NCBI GenBank assembly: GCA_963666735.1
Contig: OY762926.1
Coordinates: 3,904,001-3,968,000, forward strand
DNA length: 64,000 bases
Reading direction: 5' to 3'
From: Gemmatimonadota bacterium
Lineage (GTDB): Bacteria; Gemmatimonadota; Gemmatimonadetes; Palauibacterales; Palauibacteraceae
The notes under the pieces are model-generated. The model did not search any database, was not told where the DNA came from, and saw only the letters and a program-made list of their open reading frames with translations. The translations under genes and the position numbers were made by a program. How positions within the stretch are numbered: position 1 is the first letter of the stretch; each line of letters opens with the position of its first letter. Below are positions 41,222 to 50,700 of this stretch, piece by piece.

Positions 41222-41767
41222 ATGGCCTTCATCGACTATCCGGATCCGGCGGGAATCCCCGAGGCGGACCGCGTCCCGGACGACGACAACATCATCCGCA
41301 TTCACGGCGTCCACAGTCGCGTCATCCGGCTCCACTACGATCTCTACCGCGAACTCATGTACGGGCCCGGCCCCCTTTCCCGGATTCAGAGGGAGATGAT
41401 CGCGGTCACCGTGTCGGGACTCAACGCCTGCCGTTACTGAATTGTCCATCACGGAGAGGGTCTCCGTCGTCTGCTCGAAGTCGCCGGCGCCGGCCGTTCC
41501 AGCGAGGAGAACGAACGCCTGATCGCCGCCCTCGCGACGGACCATGAGGTGGCCGAGGTGGACGATGCCGACCGGGCGATGCTCGACTATGCCGCGCGAC
41601 TCACGCTCGCGCCCGGCGGCGTGAACGAAGCCGCCGTCGACAGCTTGAAGGCGCACGGTTTCGATGATCGCGCGATCCACGATATCTGCGCGGTCACGGC
41701 CTACTATGCGTTCGCGAACCGGATCGCCGACGGACTCGGCGTCGAACTCGAAGACGAGGGAGGCTGA
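41222..41767 (+). CDS. AhpD-like/CMD-family peroxidase-related enzyme, predicted selenoprotein (Sec73 at TGA 41438-41440)
   Basis: ORFs 41222..41440 and 41549..41767 are in the same frame, separated only by one TGA. Read-through gives 181 aa with 'REMIAVTVSGLNACRY-U-IVHH', the AhpD E..CxxC..H motif, and the family C-terminus 'YYAFANRIADGLGV'. Confidence 0.88.
41451..41467 (+). promoter_or_regulatory. Putative bacterial SECIS element
   Basis: Perfect hairpin ACGGAGA-GGG-TCTCCGT separated from the in-frame TGA by a 10-nt spacer; 17 nt lie between the UGA and the G-rich apical loop. Confidence 0.75.
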
Positions 41768-41778
41768 CGGAATTGGCC

Positions 41779-42462
41779 ATGCTTCCGCCGACACCGCCGC
41801 CGCGCGGACCGGGCGCGCCGGGCGCCTCGACCGTTCCGGCGAATCTCGACCATCTGCTGCTGGGGACCGCCGATCTGGAGGAAGGGGTCGCGTGGGTGGC
41901 CGGCCGGCTCGGCGCCGAAGCCGCGTTCGGCGGGCGTCACGAGAACCTCGGCACCGCGAACTACCTCCTCTCGCTCGGGGGCGACATCTATCTTGAGATC
42001 CTCGGTCCCGACCCTGAAGCGCCTCCCCGGGAAGCCCCGCTCCCGTTCGGGATCGAAGAACTCGACGAGCCCAGGCTCGTCACGTGGGCAGCCCGCGGAA
42101 CGGACCTCGAGGCGCTCGTCGCGCGGGCATCGGGCCGGGGCGTGCCGCTCGGGCCGGTGCGGCCCGGCTCCCGGCTGCGGCCGGACGGCACTGAACTGCG
42201 CTGGGATATCACGGCCTTCGCCGCGTTCCTCCACGACGGTCTCGTACCTTTTTTCATCGATTGGGGAACGACGCCGCACCCGGCCCGCGCCACGCCGGCG
42301 GGGGGGCGGCTGATCTCGTTCCGGGCCGAACACCCGGATCCCCCGGCGGTACGATCCACCCTCGAGGCGCTGGATTTGGCGCTCGAAGTGGACGAGGGGC
42401 CGGAGCCCGCCCTCGTGGCGCGGATTCGCACCCTGGGCGGTGACGAAGTGGCGCTGCGCTAA
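41779..42462 (+). CDS. VOC/glyoxalase-like family protein (Glyoxalase_3 type)
   Basis: 'LDHLL', 'GGRHENLGTAN', 'YLEI', 'GSRLRPDG', 'PFFIDW...HP'. Confidence 0.85.
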   Translation: MLPPTPPPRGPGAPGASTVPANLDHLLLGTADLEEGVAWVAGRLGAEAAFGGRHENLGTANYLLSLGGDIYLEILGPDPEAPPREAPLPFGIEELDEPRLVTWAARGTDLEALVARASGRGVPLGPVRPGSRLRPDGTELRWDITAFAAFLHDGLVPFFIDWGTTPHPARATPAGGRLISFRAEHPDPPAVRSTLEALDLALEVDEGPEPALVARIRTLGGDEVALR

Positions 42463-42521
42463 CAGACATGTCTTCAAGTTTCGAGGCGATATTCATGGGA
42501 TTCACGGGATTCATGCGATTC

Positions 42522-43823
42522 ATGAACGACACAGATTGGGCAGACCAGGCAGATCAGGCATTTCTGGCACATCGGACTCGGCGGGCGACCGGCTTCGCCG
42601 CAGGCCTCCTGACGCTGGCTCTGGTCGTGGCCGGCTGCGTGGACGACCCGACGGACCCCACCGGGCCGCCGCCGGAGGAGGGCGGATCGATCACGCTGGC
42701 GGCGGCCGTCGCCGAGAGTGGGCGGCACGGTCCGGAGGGGATCGAAGTCGCGCGCGGGTATCGTCTCGCCGTCGAGATCCTCAACGAGAACGGCGGGATT
42801 CGCGGCCGGCCGGTGCAACTGGAGATTCGTGACGACGGGAGCGACGCCCAGGCGAGCGCGCGCCTGTACGCCGAACTCATCGCGTCCGGCACCGTCGACG
42901 CCCTGTTGGGACCGTTCAGCAGCCCGATCACGGAAGCCGTCCTCGCCGTCACCGAGGCCGCGGGCGTGCCGATGGTGGCGCCCATGGCGGCGGCGCCCGC
43001 GATCTGGTCCGGGCGGCAGCGGCAATGGAGCGTGCAGTTGCTGACTCCGGGACCGACCTATCTGCGGGGCTCCGTGGAGGTGTCCGTGTTCGGCGGCGCG
43101 CGGACCGTAGCCATCGCGTACGAGGACACATCGTTTCCCGCATCGGTGATCGAGGGCGTGCGCGAAGCGGTCCGGCGTCATGGGCTGGAGGTCGTGCTGG
43201 ACCGATCCTATGATGTCGGAACGGCCGACCACGAGGCGATCGCCGCCGCGGCGCGGGACGCCGGCGCGGACCTCTTCATCGGCGGGGGCTACGTCGCCGA
43301 CGCCGTCGGCTTCGCCACCGCGGCGCCCGCCGTGGGCTACCGGCCGGTTCTCATGAGTCTGCTCGTCGGGCCCGGGCAGCCGCAGTTCGCGCAAGCGGTG
43401 GGTGCGGCCGCGCGGTGCGTCGCCGGCAACGCGCCGTGGCACCCGGCCGTCGGGACGTCCGGGTTCATCGCGGACAACGAGACCTTCGTCCGCCGTTACG
43501 AGGCGGCGCACGGAGAGACGCCGGGCTACCACGCGGCGGGAGGCTTCGCGGCGGTGGAACTCATGGCGGAAGGGTTCGATCAAACGACCCCCGGGGCGGG
43601 CGACCCCGATCGCGCCGCGCTGCGCGACTTCCTGTTCTCGGCCCGGACCGAGACCATCGCGGGTCCGTACGAGGTCGTTCCCATCGGCGACGCGGAGGCC
43701 GGAGCCCAGCGCGGGCTCAAGGGGCTGCAGGTCCAGTGGCAGGACGACGGCGACGGCGGCCTCGCCCTCCGGATCGTTCACCCCTGGGCCGACGCCGACG
43801 CGACCCCCTGCTACATGCGCTGA
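42522..43823 (+). CDS. ABC transporter substrate-binding lipoprotein, branched-chain amino acid (LivJ/K-type) family
   Basis: Lipobox 'VAGC', 'NENGGIRGRPV', 'DDGSD', 'LLGPFSS'. Start uncertain (42468-42522). Confidence 0.82.
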   Translation: MNDTDWADQADQAFLAHRTRRATGFAAGLLTLALVVAGCVDDPTDPTGPPPEEGGSITLAAAVAESGRHGPEGIEVARGYRLAVEILNENGGIRGRPVQLEIRDDGSDAQASARLYAELIASGTVDALLGPFSSPITEAVLAVTEAAGVPMVAPMAAAPAIWSGRQRQWSVQLLTPGPTYLRGSVEVSVFGGARTVAIAYEDTSFPASVIEGVREAVRRHGLEVVLDRSYDVGTADHEAIAAAARDAGADLFIGGGYVADAVGFATAAPAVGYRPVLMSLLVGPGQPQFAQAVGAAARCVAGNAPWHPAVGTSGFIADNETFVRRYEAAHGETPGYHAAGGFAAVELMAEGFDQTTPGAGDPDRAALRDFLFSARTETIAGPYEVVPIGDAEAGAQRGLKGLQVQWQDDGDGGLALRIVHPWADADATPCYMR

Positions 43824-43896
43824 CTACATGCGCTGATCGGGCCCGGTCGCGTCCGGTAGTACCTGGACGCGACCAAACCCGTCGCTTCTACGCCCG

Positions 43897-46800
43897 CTAC
43901 CTCCCGCGGATCCCGGCGGCGGCGCCGGCGGCGTTCTCCTCCGCCGGCCGCTCCCTCTCGAGCGGTCGCGCCTCGGGGTAGATCTCGTCGAGCGTCATCC
44001 CGTCATACAGCCGTCCGTCCTTCATCACATAGTGGATGTCGACGGTGCTGCGCAGTTCGTCGAGCGGGTTCGAGTTGAGGATGACGATGTCGGCGAATTT
44101 CCCCTCCTCGATGCTTCCGAGCTCATCCCCGAACCCGATCGCCTCGGCGCCGAGGATCGTCGCGGCCCTCAGCATGTCGAAGTTCGACGCGCCGCCGGCC
44201 GCCATCGCCCACAACTCCCAGTGGTAGCCGACGCCCTGGATCTGCCCGTGGCTCCCCACGGCCATGCGGGCGTCCGCCTCGAGCATCTTCTTCACGAACT
44301 CGCCGTGACGCGGGAAGACATACTCTTCCTCCAGGAACCAGCCGCCTTCTCCGGGACTCCCCCCGGCGCCGGGCCCGCGCCGCCGCGCCCGCGCGTCGAT
44401 GTTCGCCTTGGGCACGAACGTCGCGAGCTTCTCGTCCCCGAGCACGTCCTCGTGCGTGTAGAAGTAGTTCTCGCCGAACGGGCCGCCGTACGAGACGAGC
44501 AGGGTCGGGCTGTTCGTCGTCTCCGACGTCTTGAACAGTTCGACCACGTCCGAGTAGATGGGCGCGATCGGGAGGTTGTGCTCGATGCCGGGGTATCCGT
44601 CGATCGCATGCGTGATGTCGATCTTGTAGTCGAGCCCGCCCTCCGTCGTGGGCATGAGTTCGAGGTCGCGCGCCGCCTGGATGATCCACTGACGCTGCTG
44701 GCGGTTGCCCGTCATGTACATCTTGAGCGTCTTCGTGTCGAAGTACTCCGCGTAGCGCCGCAGGATGGTCTTCGCGTGGTCCGCGTCGCGGAGGTTCTCG
44801 CCCGCGAACACGCCGGGTCCCGTCGAATAGATGCGCGGCCCGGTCATGCCGCCGGTCCGCACCCGGTCCGTGTAGCTGAGGATGTCGGTCGTCGCGGTCT
44901 GCGGATCGCGCGTCGTGGTGACGCCGTAGGAGAGCGTCGCGAGGTACTGCCACACCTCCTCCGGATGAACCTCCGGCACGAGCCACTGCGCGTGATAGTG
45001 GGTGTCGATGAAGCCGGGGACGAGCGTCTTTCCGCTCACGTCGATGACGGTGGCGCTGTCCGGGACCTCGACCGAGTCGGCGGGGCCCACGGCGACGATG
45101 CGGTTGTCCGTCACGAGTACCACGCCGTCCTCGATGATGCGCGGTTTCATGGCGGGTTCCGGCGGCTCCGCGGGGGTGTCCTCCTCCTCCGCGGCTTCGG
45201 CCGCGCCCTCCGCGCCCTCCGCAGCTTCGGCCGGCGTCTCCGCCGGATCGTCCGGGGCCGCCCCCGCCGTGTCCGCCGGCGCCCCCGCCGTATCCGCCGG
45301 CGTGTCCTCCGGGACCTCGGTCATGGTGATGATCCGCCCGCCGGTGAGCGCCACCGTGCCGCGCGGGATGTCCCGGGGCAGCTGCGCCTCGATCCGGCGC
45401 TCGTGCGCCTCGTACGTCTCCGTCGTGTCGGCGAGGACCTCCTCGTCGCCCGCCCGCACCGCGGCCGATTTCGCGGCCACCTCCTCCGCCGCCTGTCGGA
45501 TCGAGTCGGCGCGGGCCAGCAACGAGTCCGCCTCGACTTGCACGGAGTCGGCCTGGAGTCGGGTGATCTCGTCCTCCAGCTCCTCCGGTACCTCCTCGTC
45601 GGCGTTCTCGAGGCTGTCCGCCTCGGCGCGCTTCTCCTTGAGGGTGTCGGTGACCGCCGCCGCCCTGACGCGCAGGAGGGCGCGCGCGTGGGCGGTGGCT
45701 TCCTCCTCCTCTTCCTCCGCCTCGACGCGGTCCAGGTCGTACGTGAACAGCACGTTCCCCAGGGCCCAGTGCAGGGCGCCGCCGTCGGGCGCCCACGAGG
45801 CGAACTCACCGCCCACGTCCGTGACCTTGCGCACCGGCACCGGGGCGTCGTCCACCCGGAACAGCGTGATCGTCGGCGGGGTGTCGCCGACTTCGGCCAG
45901 GTCCGCCACGAAGAGGTCCCGTCCGAACTGCACGAAGGCGCGGTCGCCCGCCGGCGACAGCACGATCAGGCCGGCCGGCTGCGGTCCGCCCGGCTCCGCC
46001 GGCGGGTCCGGGTCCGTGGGGTCGGGGCCCTGCCGCCAGGGGAAGACGCGTCGCGGCAGGAACTCCCACTCGTTCGGGTGCGGGTCGCCGATGCCGGCGA
46101 TGCCCTGCCGCCCGCGCACGATCAGATGGCGCTTCACGTCCGTCCCGTCCCAGCGGAAGGACACCAGCCCCTCGACCGGGCTGTACGCGTAGATCCGGTC
46201 CGGATCGTCCGCCGCGAAATGGGGCACGTCGCGGAGTCCCGTGGGTGAGATGACCTCCGCCTCCGCCGGCTCGGTTCCCGCCGTCGGCACCCACACGAAC
46301 TCGCCGCCGATGGGGCCGAAGAAGGCTCCGGCCGCTTCCTTGAGCTGCCGGGCGGCGCCTCGCGAGGCGACGATCCGCTCGCCGTCGGGGGACCAGGCGA
46401 CGTTGTAATAGAGGGCCGCCGTGGCCGAGAGCCGGATCGGTTCGCCGCCTTCCACCGCGACCTTCATGATGTGGCCGCCGTCCGAGTCGTCCCAGGTCGT
46501 GTAGGCGATCCAGCGGCCGTCCGGCGACCACTGGGGATGGAACTCGCCCGCGTCGCCCTCGGTGAGACGCCGCGGCTCGCCGTCGGGCAGATCGCGGATC
46601 CAGAGGCGGTCGAAGGCCGTGAACACCAACTGGCCGCCGCCCGGGCCGACGACCGGACTCCGGATCTGGCTCGCCGTGACCATTGCCGTGGTGTCGATCT
46701 GGTACTCGAACTTCACCTGCGGGCCGACGTCGAGTTCGACCTCCGCCTCGAACGGGATCTCCGTCGCCTCGCCCCCGTCCATGGGGACGTTCCAGATCTT

Positions 46801-47769
46801 GCCGCCATACGAGATCACGATCGCCGAACCATCCGGGAGGAAGGCGTAGCCCGGCATGACATCGAGAGGCGCCCGCGACTCCTGCTCGTCCCGCTGCACC
46901 GGATAGGCGAGCCAGCTCTCCTCTCCCGTCTCGAGGTCGCGCTTCCGGAGGCCCGTATCCGCGTTGTAGCGCGTGCCGTACACGAGCCAGCGGCCATCGG
47001 GCGAGATCGCCGGCCGGAACGCCGACCCGTAGCGGTTGGTCATGGTCGTCGTGGCGCCCGTCTCGCGGTCGTAGCGGTAGAGCTGGTAGAGGGGCAGCAC
47101 CGCGTTGTACGTCCAGTCCCCGAAGCCCCCGGCGTACCACACGTAGCGCCCGTCCGGGCTGAACGCCGCGCCGATCCGCTTGAGGAAAGACGATCCCGGC
47201 AGCGGCAGGGGAGACCCGCGCTCGGCGTGGTACATCGCGAGGGACGCGACGCCGCCCAGCCCGTTCGAGCGGCTGGCCACGATGTAGACGCCGTCCGGGC
47301 TCCATTCGGGCGACAGCATGAGGCTGGACCCGCCTCCGGCCACGCGGGTCGTGTCCGTGAGGTCGAGGCGCATCTTCCACAGCGCATCGCCCCCGCTGCG
47401 GTCGGAGATGAAGGCCACCGACTCGCCGTCCGGGCTGAAGCGGGGCTGCGTCTCGTAGGCCATCCCCGTGAGCAGGGGCGACGCCTTCCCGCCCTCGATG
47501 GGCATCGTGTACAGATCTCCGAGGAGGTCGAAGACGATCGTCGTCCCGTCGGGACTCACGTCGAGCGAAATCCAGGTGCCTTCCGTCGCCGTGAAGCTCG
47601 CCGTGCGGGCACTTCGCAACGGGAGCGGCTGCCGGCCTCCGGGCCCGCCGGGGCCGATCATCACCTGGGCCGCCGCCGGCGCGGCGGCCGCCGAAGCCAC
47701 GAGCGCGGCGAGCGCCGCCGCCCGCCCCATCCGTGCCAGCTTCTCGGTCCGCCTCCCGCGGGGGGTCAT
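43897..47769 (-). CDS. Secreted amidohydrolase-family protein with PD40/TolB-like beta-propeller
   Basis: Signal peptide; 'EGTWISLDVSPDG' and several 'WSPDG' repeats; 'PGFIDTHYH', 'GVTTTRDP', 'GSIEEGKFADIV'. Two acidic insertions relative to the neighbouring paralog. Confidence 0.88.
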   Translation of the reverse strand: MTPRGRRTEKLARMGRAAALAALVASAAAAPAAAQVMIGPGGPGGRQPLPLRSARTASFTATEGTWISLDVSPDGTTIVFDLLGDLYTMPIEGGKASPLLTGMAYETQPRFSPDGESVAFISDRSGGDALWKMRLDLTDTTRVAGGGSSLMLSPEWSPDGVYIVASRSNGLGGVASLAMYHAERGSPLPLPGSSFLKRIGAAFSPDGRYVWYAGGFGDWTYNAVLPLYQLYRYDRETGATTTMTNRYGSAFRPAISPDGRWLVYGTRYNADTGLRKRDLETGEESWLAYPVQRDEQESRAPLDVMPGYAFLPDGSAIVISYGGKIWNVPMDGGEATEIPFEAEVELDVGPQVKFEYQIDTTAMVTASQIRSPVVGPGGGQLVFTAFDRLWIRDLPDGEPRRLTEGDAGEFHPQWSPDGRWIAYTTWDDSDGGHIMKVAVEGGEPIRLSATAALYYNVAWSPDGERIVASRGAARQLKEAAGAFFGPIGGEFVWVPTAGTEPAEAEVISPTGLRDVPHFAADDPDRIYAYSPVEGLVSFRWDGTDVKRHLIVRGRQGIAGIGDPHPNEWEFLPRRVFPWRQGPDPTDPDPPAEPGGPQPAGLIVLSPAGDRAFVQFGRDLFVADLAEVGDTPPTITLFRVDDAPVPVRKVTDVGGEFASWAPDGGALHWALGNVLFTYDLDRVEAEEEEEEATAHARALLRVRAAAVTDTLKEKRAEADSLENADEEVPEELEDEITRLQADSVQVEADSLLARADSIRQAAEEVAAKSAAVRAGDEEVLADTTETYEAHERRIEAQLPRDIPRGTVALTGGRIITMTEVPEDTPADTAGAPADTAGAAPDDPAETPAEAAEGAEGAAEAAEEEDTPAEPPEPAMKPRIIEDGVVLVTDNRIVAVGPADSVEVPDSATVIDVSGKTLVPGFIDTHYHAQWLVPEVHPEEVWQYLATLSYGVTTTRDPQTATTDILSYTDRVRTGGMTGPRIYSTGPGVFAGENLRDADHAKTILRRYAEYFDTKTLKMYMTGNRQQRQWIIQAARDLELMPTTEGGLDYKIDITHAIDGYPGIEHNLPIAPIYSDVVELFKTSETTNSPTLLVSYGGPFGENYFYTHEDVLGDEKLATFVPKANIDARARRRGPGAGGSPGEGGWFLEEEYVFPRHGEFVKKMLEADARMAVGSHGQIQGVGYHWELWAMAAGGASNFDMLRAATILGAEAIGFGDELGSIEEGKFADIVILNSNPLDELRSTVDIHYVMKDGRLYDGMTLDEIYPEARPLERERPAEENAAGAAAGIRGR

Positions 47770-50700
47770 CGGTCACCTCCCGGGACTCCGGCGCCTACAG
47801 ATGTCGTTACGGCGGGCGCGGTATCCCTCCACGCTTCGTTCGGGGCCGGCCGTTGTCGGGGCCACAGCTCATCGAGCGTGTCGCCATCGTAGAGTCGCCC
47901 GTTCATCATCACCTTGTCGATCGTGTTCGTGTTGCGGATGTTCGCGAGCGGGTCCGCGTCGAGGATCACGAGATCCGCGAGCTTGCCCGGTTCGATGGAG
48001 CCCAGGTCGCCGCTGAGGCCGATCGCGTCGGCCCCCATGAGCGTCGCGGCGCGCAGCGCGTCGTGCTCGTCCATGCCGCCGCTCTGGAGCGCCCACAGCT
48101 CCCAGTGATAGCCGAGTCCCTGCAACTGGCCGTGGCTGCCGACGCCGGTGTTCCCGCCGCCCTCGACGAGGTCCGCGAGCCACGCCGCGTGCTTCGGGAA
48201 GGCGTACTCCTCCTCGGCGAACCAGCCGCCCGGCCCCGGTCCGGTGAACAGCCCCAGACGCCGGGCCTTGATGTCGAGTTCCCGCTTCGGCGTGAAGTGC
48301 GTCAGCTTCTCATCGCCGAAGATGTCCCAGCGCGTGTAGAAGTAGTTCTCCGCCCACGGTCCCCCGTAGGAGACGAGGAGGGTGGGGGAGTTCACCGTAC
48401 CCGACGTCGCGAACAGTTCCACGACGTCGTTGTACGCCGGAATGATCGGCATGGAGTGCTCGATCCCCGGATATCCGTCCATCGCGTGCGTCATGTTCAG
48501 GCGGTACTCGAGGCCGCCCTCGGTCGTGGGCATGAGCCCGAGTTCGCGCGCCGCCATGATGAGCCACTGCCGCTGCCGCCGGTTGCCCGACATGTACATC
48601 TTGAACGTCTTCGTGTCGTAGTACCGGCTGTACTTCCGCAGGACATCGAGCGCGTGCTCGTAGCTGCGGATGAAGTCGAACTGGAACACGCCGGGGCCCG
48701 TGTGGTAGACGCGCGGCCCCACCATCCGGCCCGCCCGCACCATGTCCTCGTAGGAGAGCACGTCGGTGGTCGCCGTCTGCGGGTCGCGGGTCGTCGTCAC
48801 CCCGTAGGCGAGGTTGGCCTGGTAGATCCAGGGCCGCGCCCAGTGGAAGTCCCACAGGTTCCACATGTGGGCGTGCGTGTCGACGAACCCGGGCACCACC
48901 GTCTTCCCGCTGATGTCGACGACCTGCGCGCCCTCGGGCACTTCGCCCGGCCCCGCCCGCACCGAAGCGATCCGGTTGTCTGTGATCACGATGTCGGCGT
49001 TGTCCAGGATCTCGTCGCCGTTCATGGTGATCGCGCGCGCTCCGCGCAGGACCACCGTGCCGCGCGGAATGTCGCGCTCGGCCGTCACTTCGATCTGCTG
49101 TTCCGCCGGCGCGTAGGCCGTGTCGGCGAGGGCCGCGTCCAGATCGTAGGTGAACAGGGCGTTGCCCAGCGACCAGTGGATCGTGCGCCCGTCCGCCCCC
49201 CACACGGGGAATTCGGCCCCGAGTTCGTTGAGCTTCCAGGCGGGCACGCCCGCCGAGTCCGGCTTCGCGACATCGATTCGCGGGAGCGTGGCGCCGAGGT
49301 CCGGCACCGTGACCGCGTACAGGTCATCGCCGATGTGCGCCAGCGCGAGGTCGCCCCGCGGCGCCATGACGACCGACCCGGCCCCCAGTCGGAGGATGAG
49401 CTCGCGCGGCTCGTCGTGGTCGAAGGTCGGCGGCATGGGCAGGTCCGACCGGGGAGAGCGGTCGTACCGCCCGGCCCGCGACGGGACGCCGCCCGCGCCG
49501 AGGTTCGCCCGCGACGTGACCGCCAGGTGCTGCCGCCGGTCCGTGTCGTCCCAGCGGGCGGACGAGAGCGCGGTCGTCGCGATGGGCGGGATGGGCGACC
49601 CGGGCACCGCGTCGGCTCGTGCCAGACCGTAGTAGTAGATGCGGTCCGGGTCCGAGGTGAAGTGCGGCTGCCGGCGTCCGCCCGTCGGCCCGATGCGGGT
49701 GAGTGCGCCGCCGTCCGCCGGGATCCAGACGAACTCCGAATCCAGCCCGAATCCGATGAAGGGGTCGACGGCCTCCTGCACGTTCCGCCGCGAGGAGCGA
49801 ATGGCCACGATGCGCCCGCCGTCGGGAGACCAGGCGGGTTGCTGATAGTAGGCCGGCTCCCGGGTGAGGCTCGTGCTCGCGCCGCCGTCCGCAGACACCC
49901 GGCGGATGTGTCCCTCGCCCGTGTCGTCATCCCACGTCACGTACGCGACGGACCCTCCGTCCGGCGACCATACCGGGTGATACTCTCCCACGTCGTCGCC
50001 GGTGAGGCGGCGCGGGGTCCCGTCCGCCACGTCCGCGACGTAGAGCCGGTCCAGCGCGGTGAACGCCACGCGCGTCCCGTCCGGCGACGGCCGGGTGTTG
50101 CGGATCTGCTTCACGACGAAGGTCGGGGTGTCCTCGATCGGATACTCGAAATCGACTTCCGGGCCGACCGCGATCTCCGCGTTGACCGTGAACGGGATCT
50201 CGGCCGGCTCGCTCCCGTCGACGGGCACGCGCCAGATCCCGCCCCCGTAAGAGACGACGATCGCCTCCGAGTCGGGCGTGAACGAGTAGCCCGGCAGCAC
50301 GTCCATGGTGGCCGTCGATTCCTGGTCGTCCCGCTGCACCGGGTAGGCGAGCCACCGTTCCTCGCCCGAGTCGAGTTCGCGCAGCCGGATCCCCGTCTCG
50401 GTGTCCTCGCGGGTGGCGTAGGCGAGCCATTCCCCGTCGGGCGAGAGGGCGGGGCGGAACGCGGAGCCGTACCGGCTCGTCATCGGCGTCCGGGTTCCCG
50501 TCCGGCGGTCGTAGACCCAGAGCTGGTACTGCGGGAAGATCGCGTTGTACTGCCAGGTGCCGAGGCGTTGCGCGTACCAGATGTAGCGCCCCTCGGCGTC
50601 CACCGCCGCGCCCAGCATGCGTTGCGCCCCGCTCCCGCCGACCATCTCGAGGCCGGTGCCGCCGTCCACGTGATAGAGCCAGAGCTTCTCGAGGCCGAAG

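Noticed and set aside
41549..41767. Separate 72-aa gene, with 41222..41440 as another gene or a pseudogene
   Set aside because: Both are in one frame, the TGA sits at the catalytic Cys position, and a SECIS-like hairpin follows; Sec read-through explains the data better.
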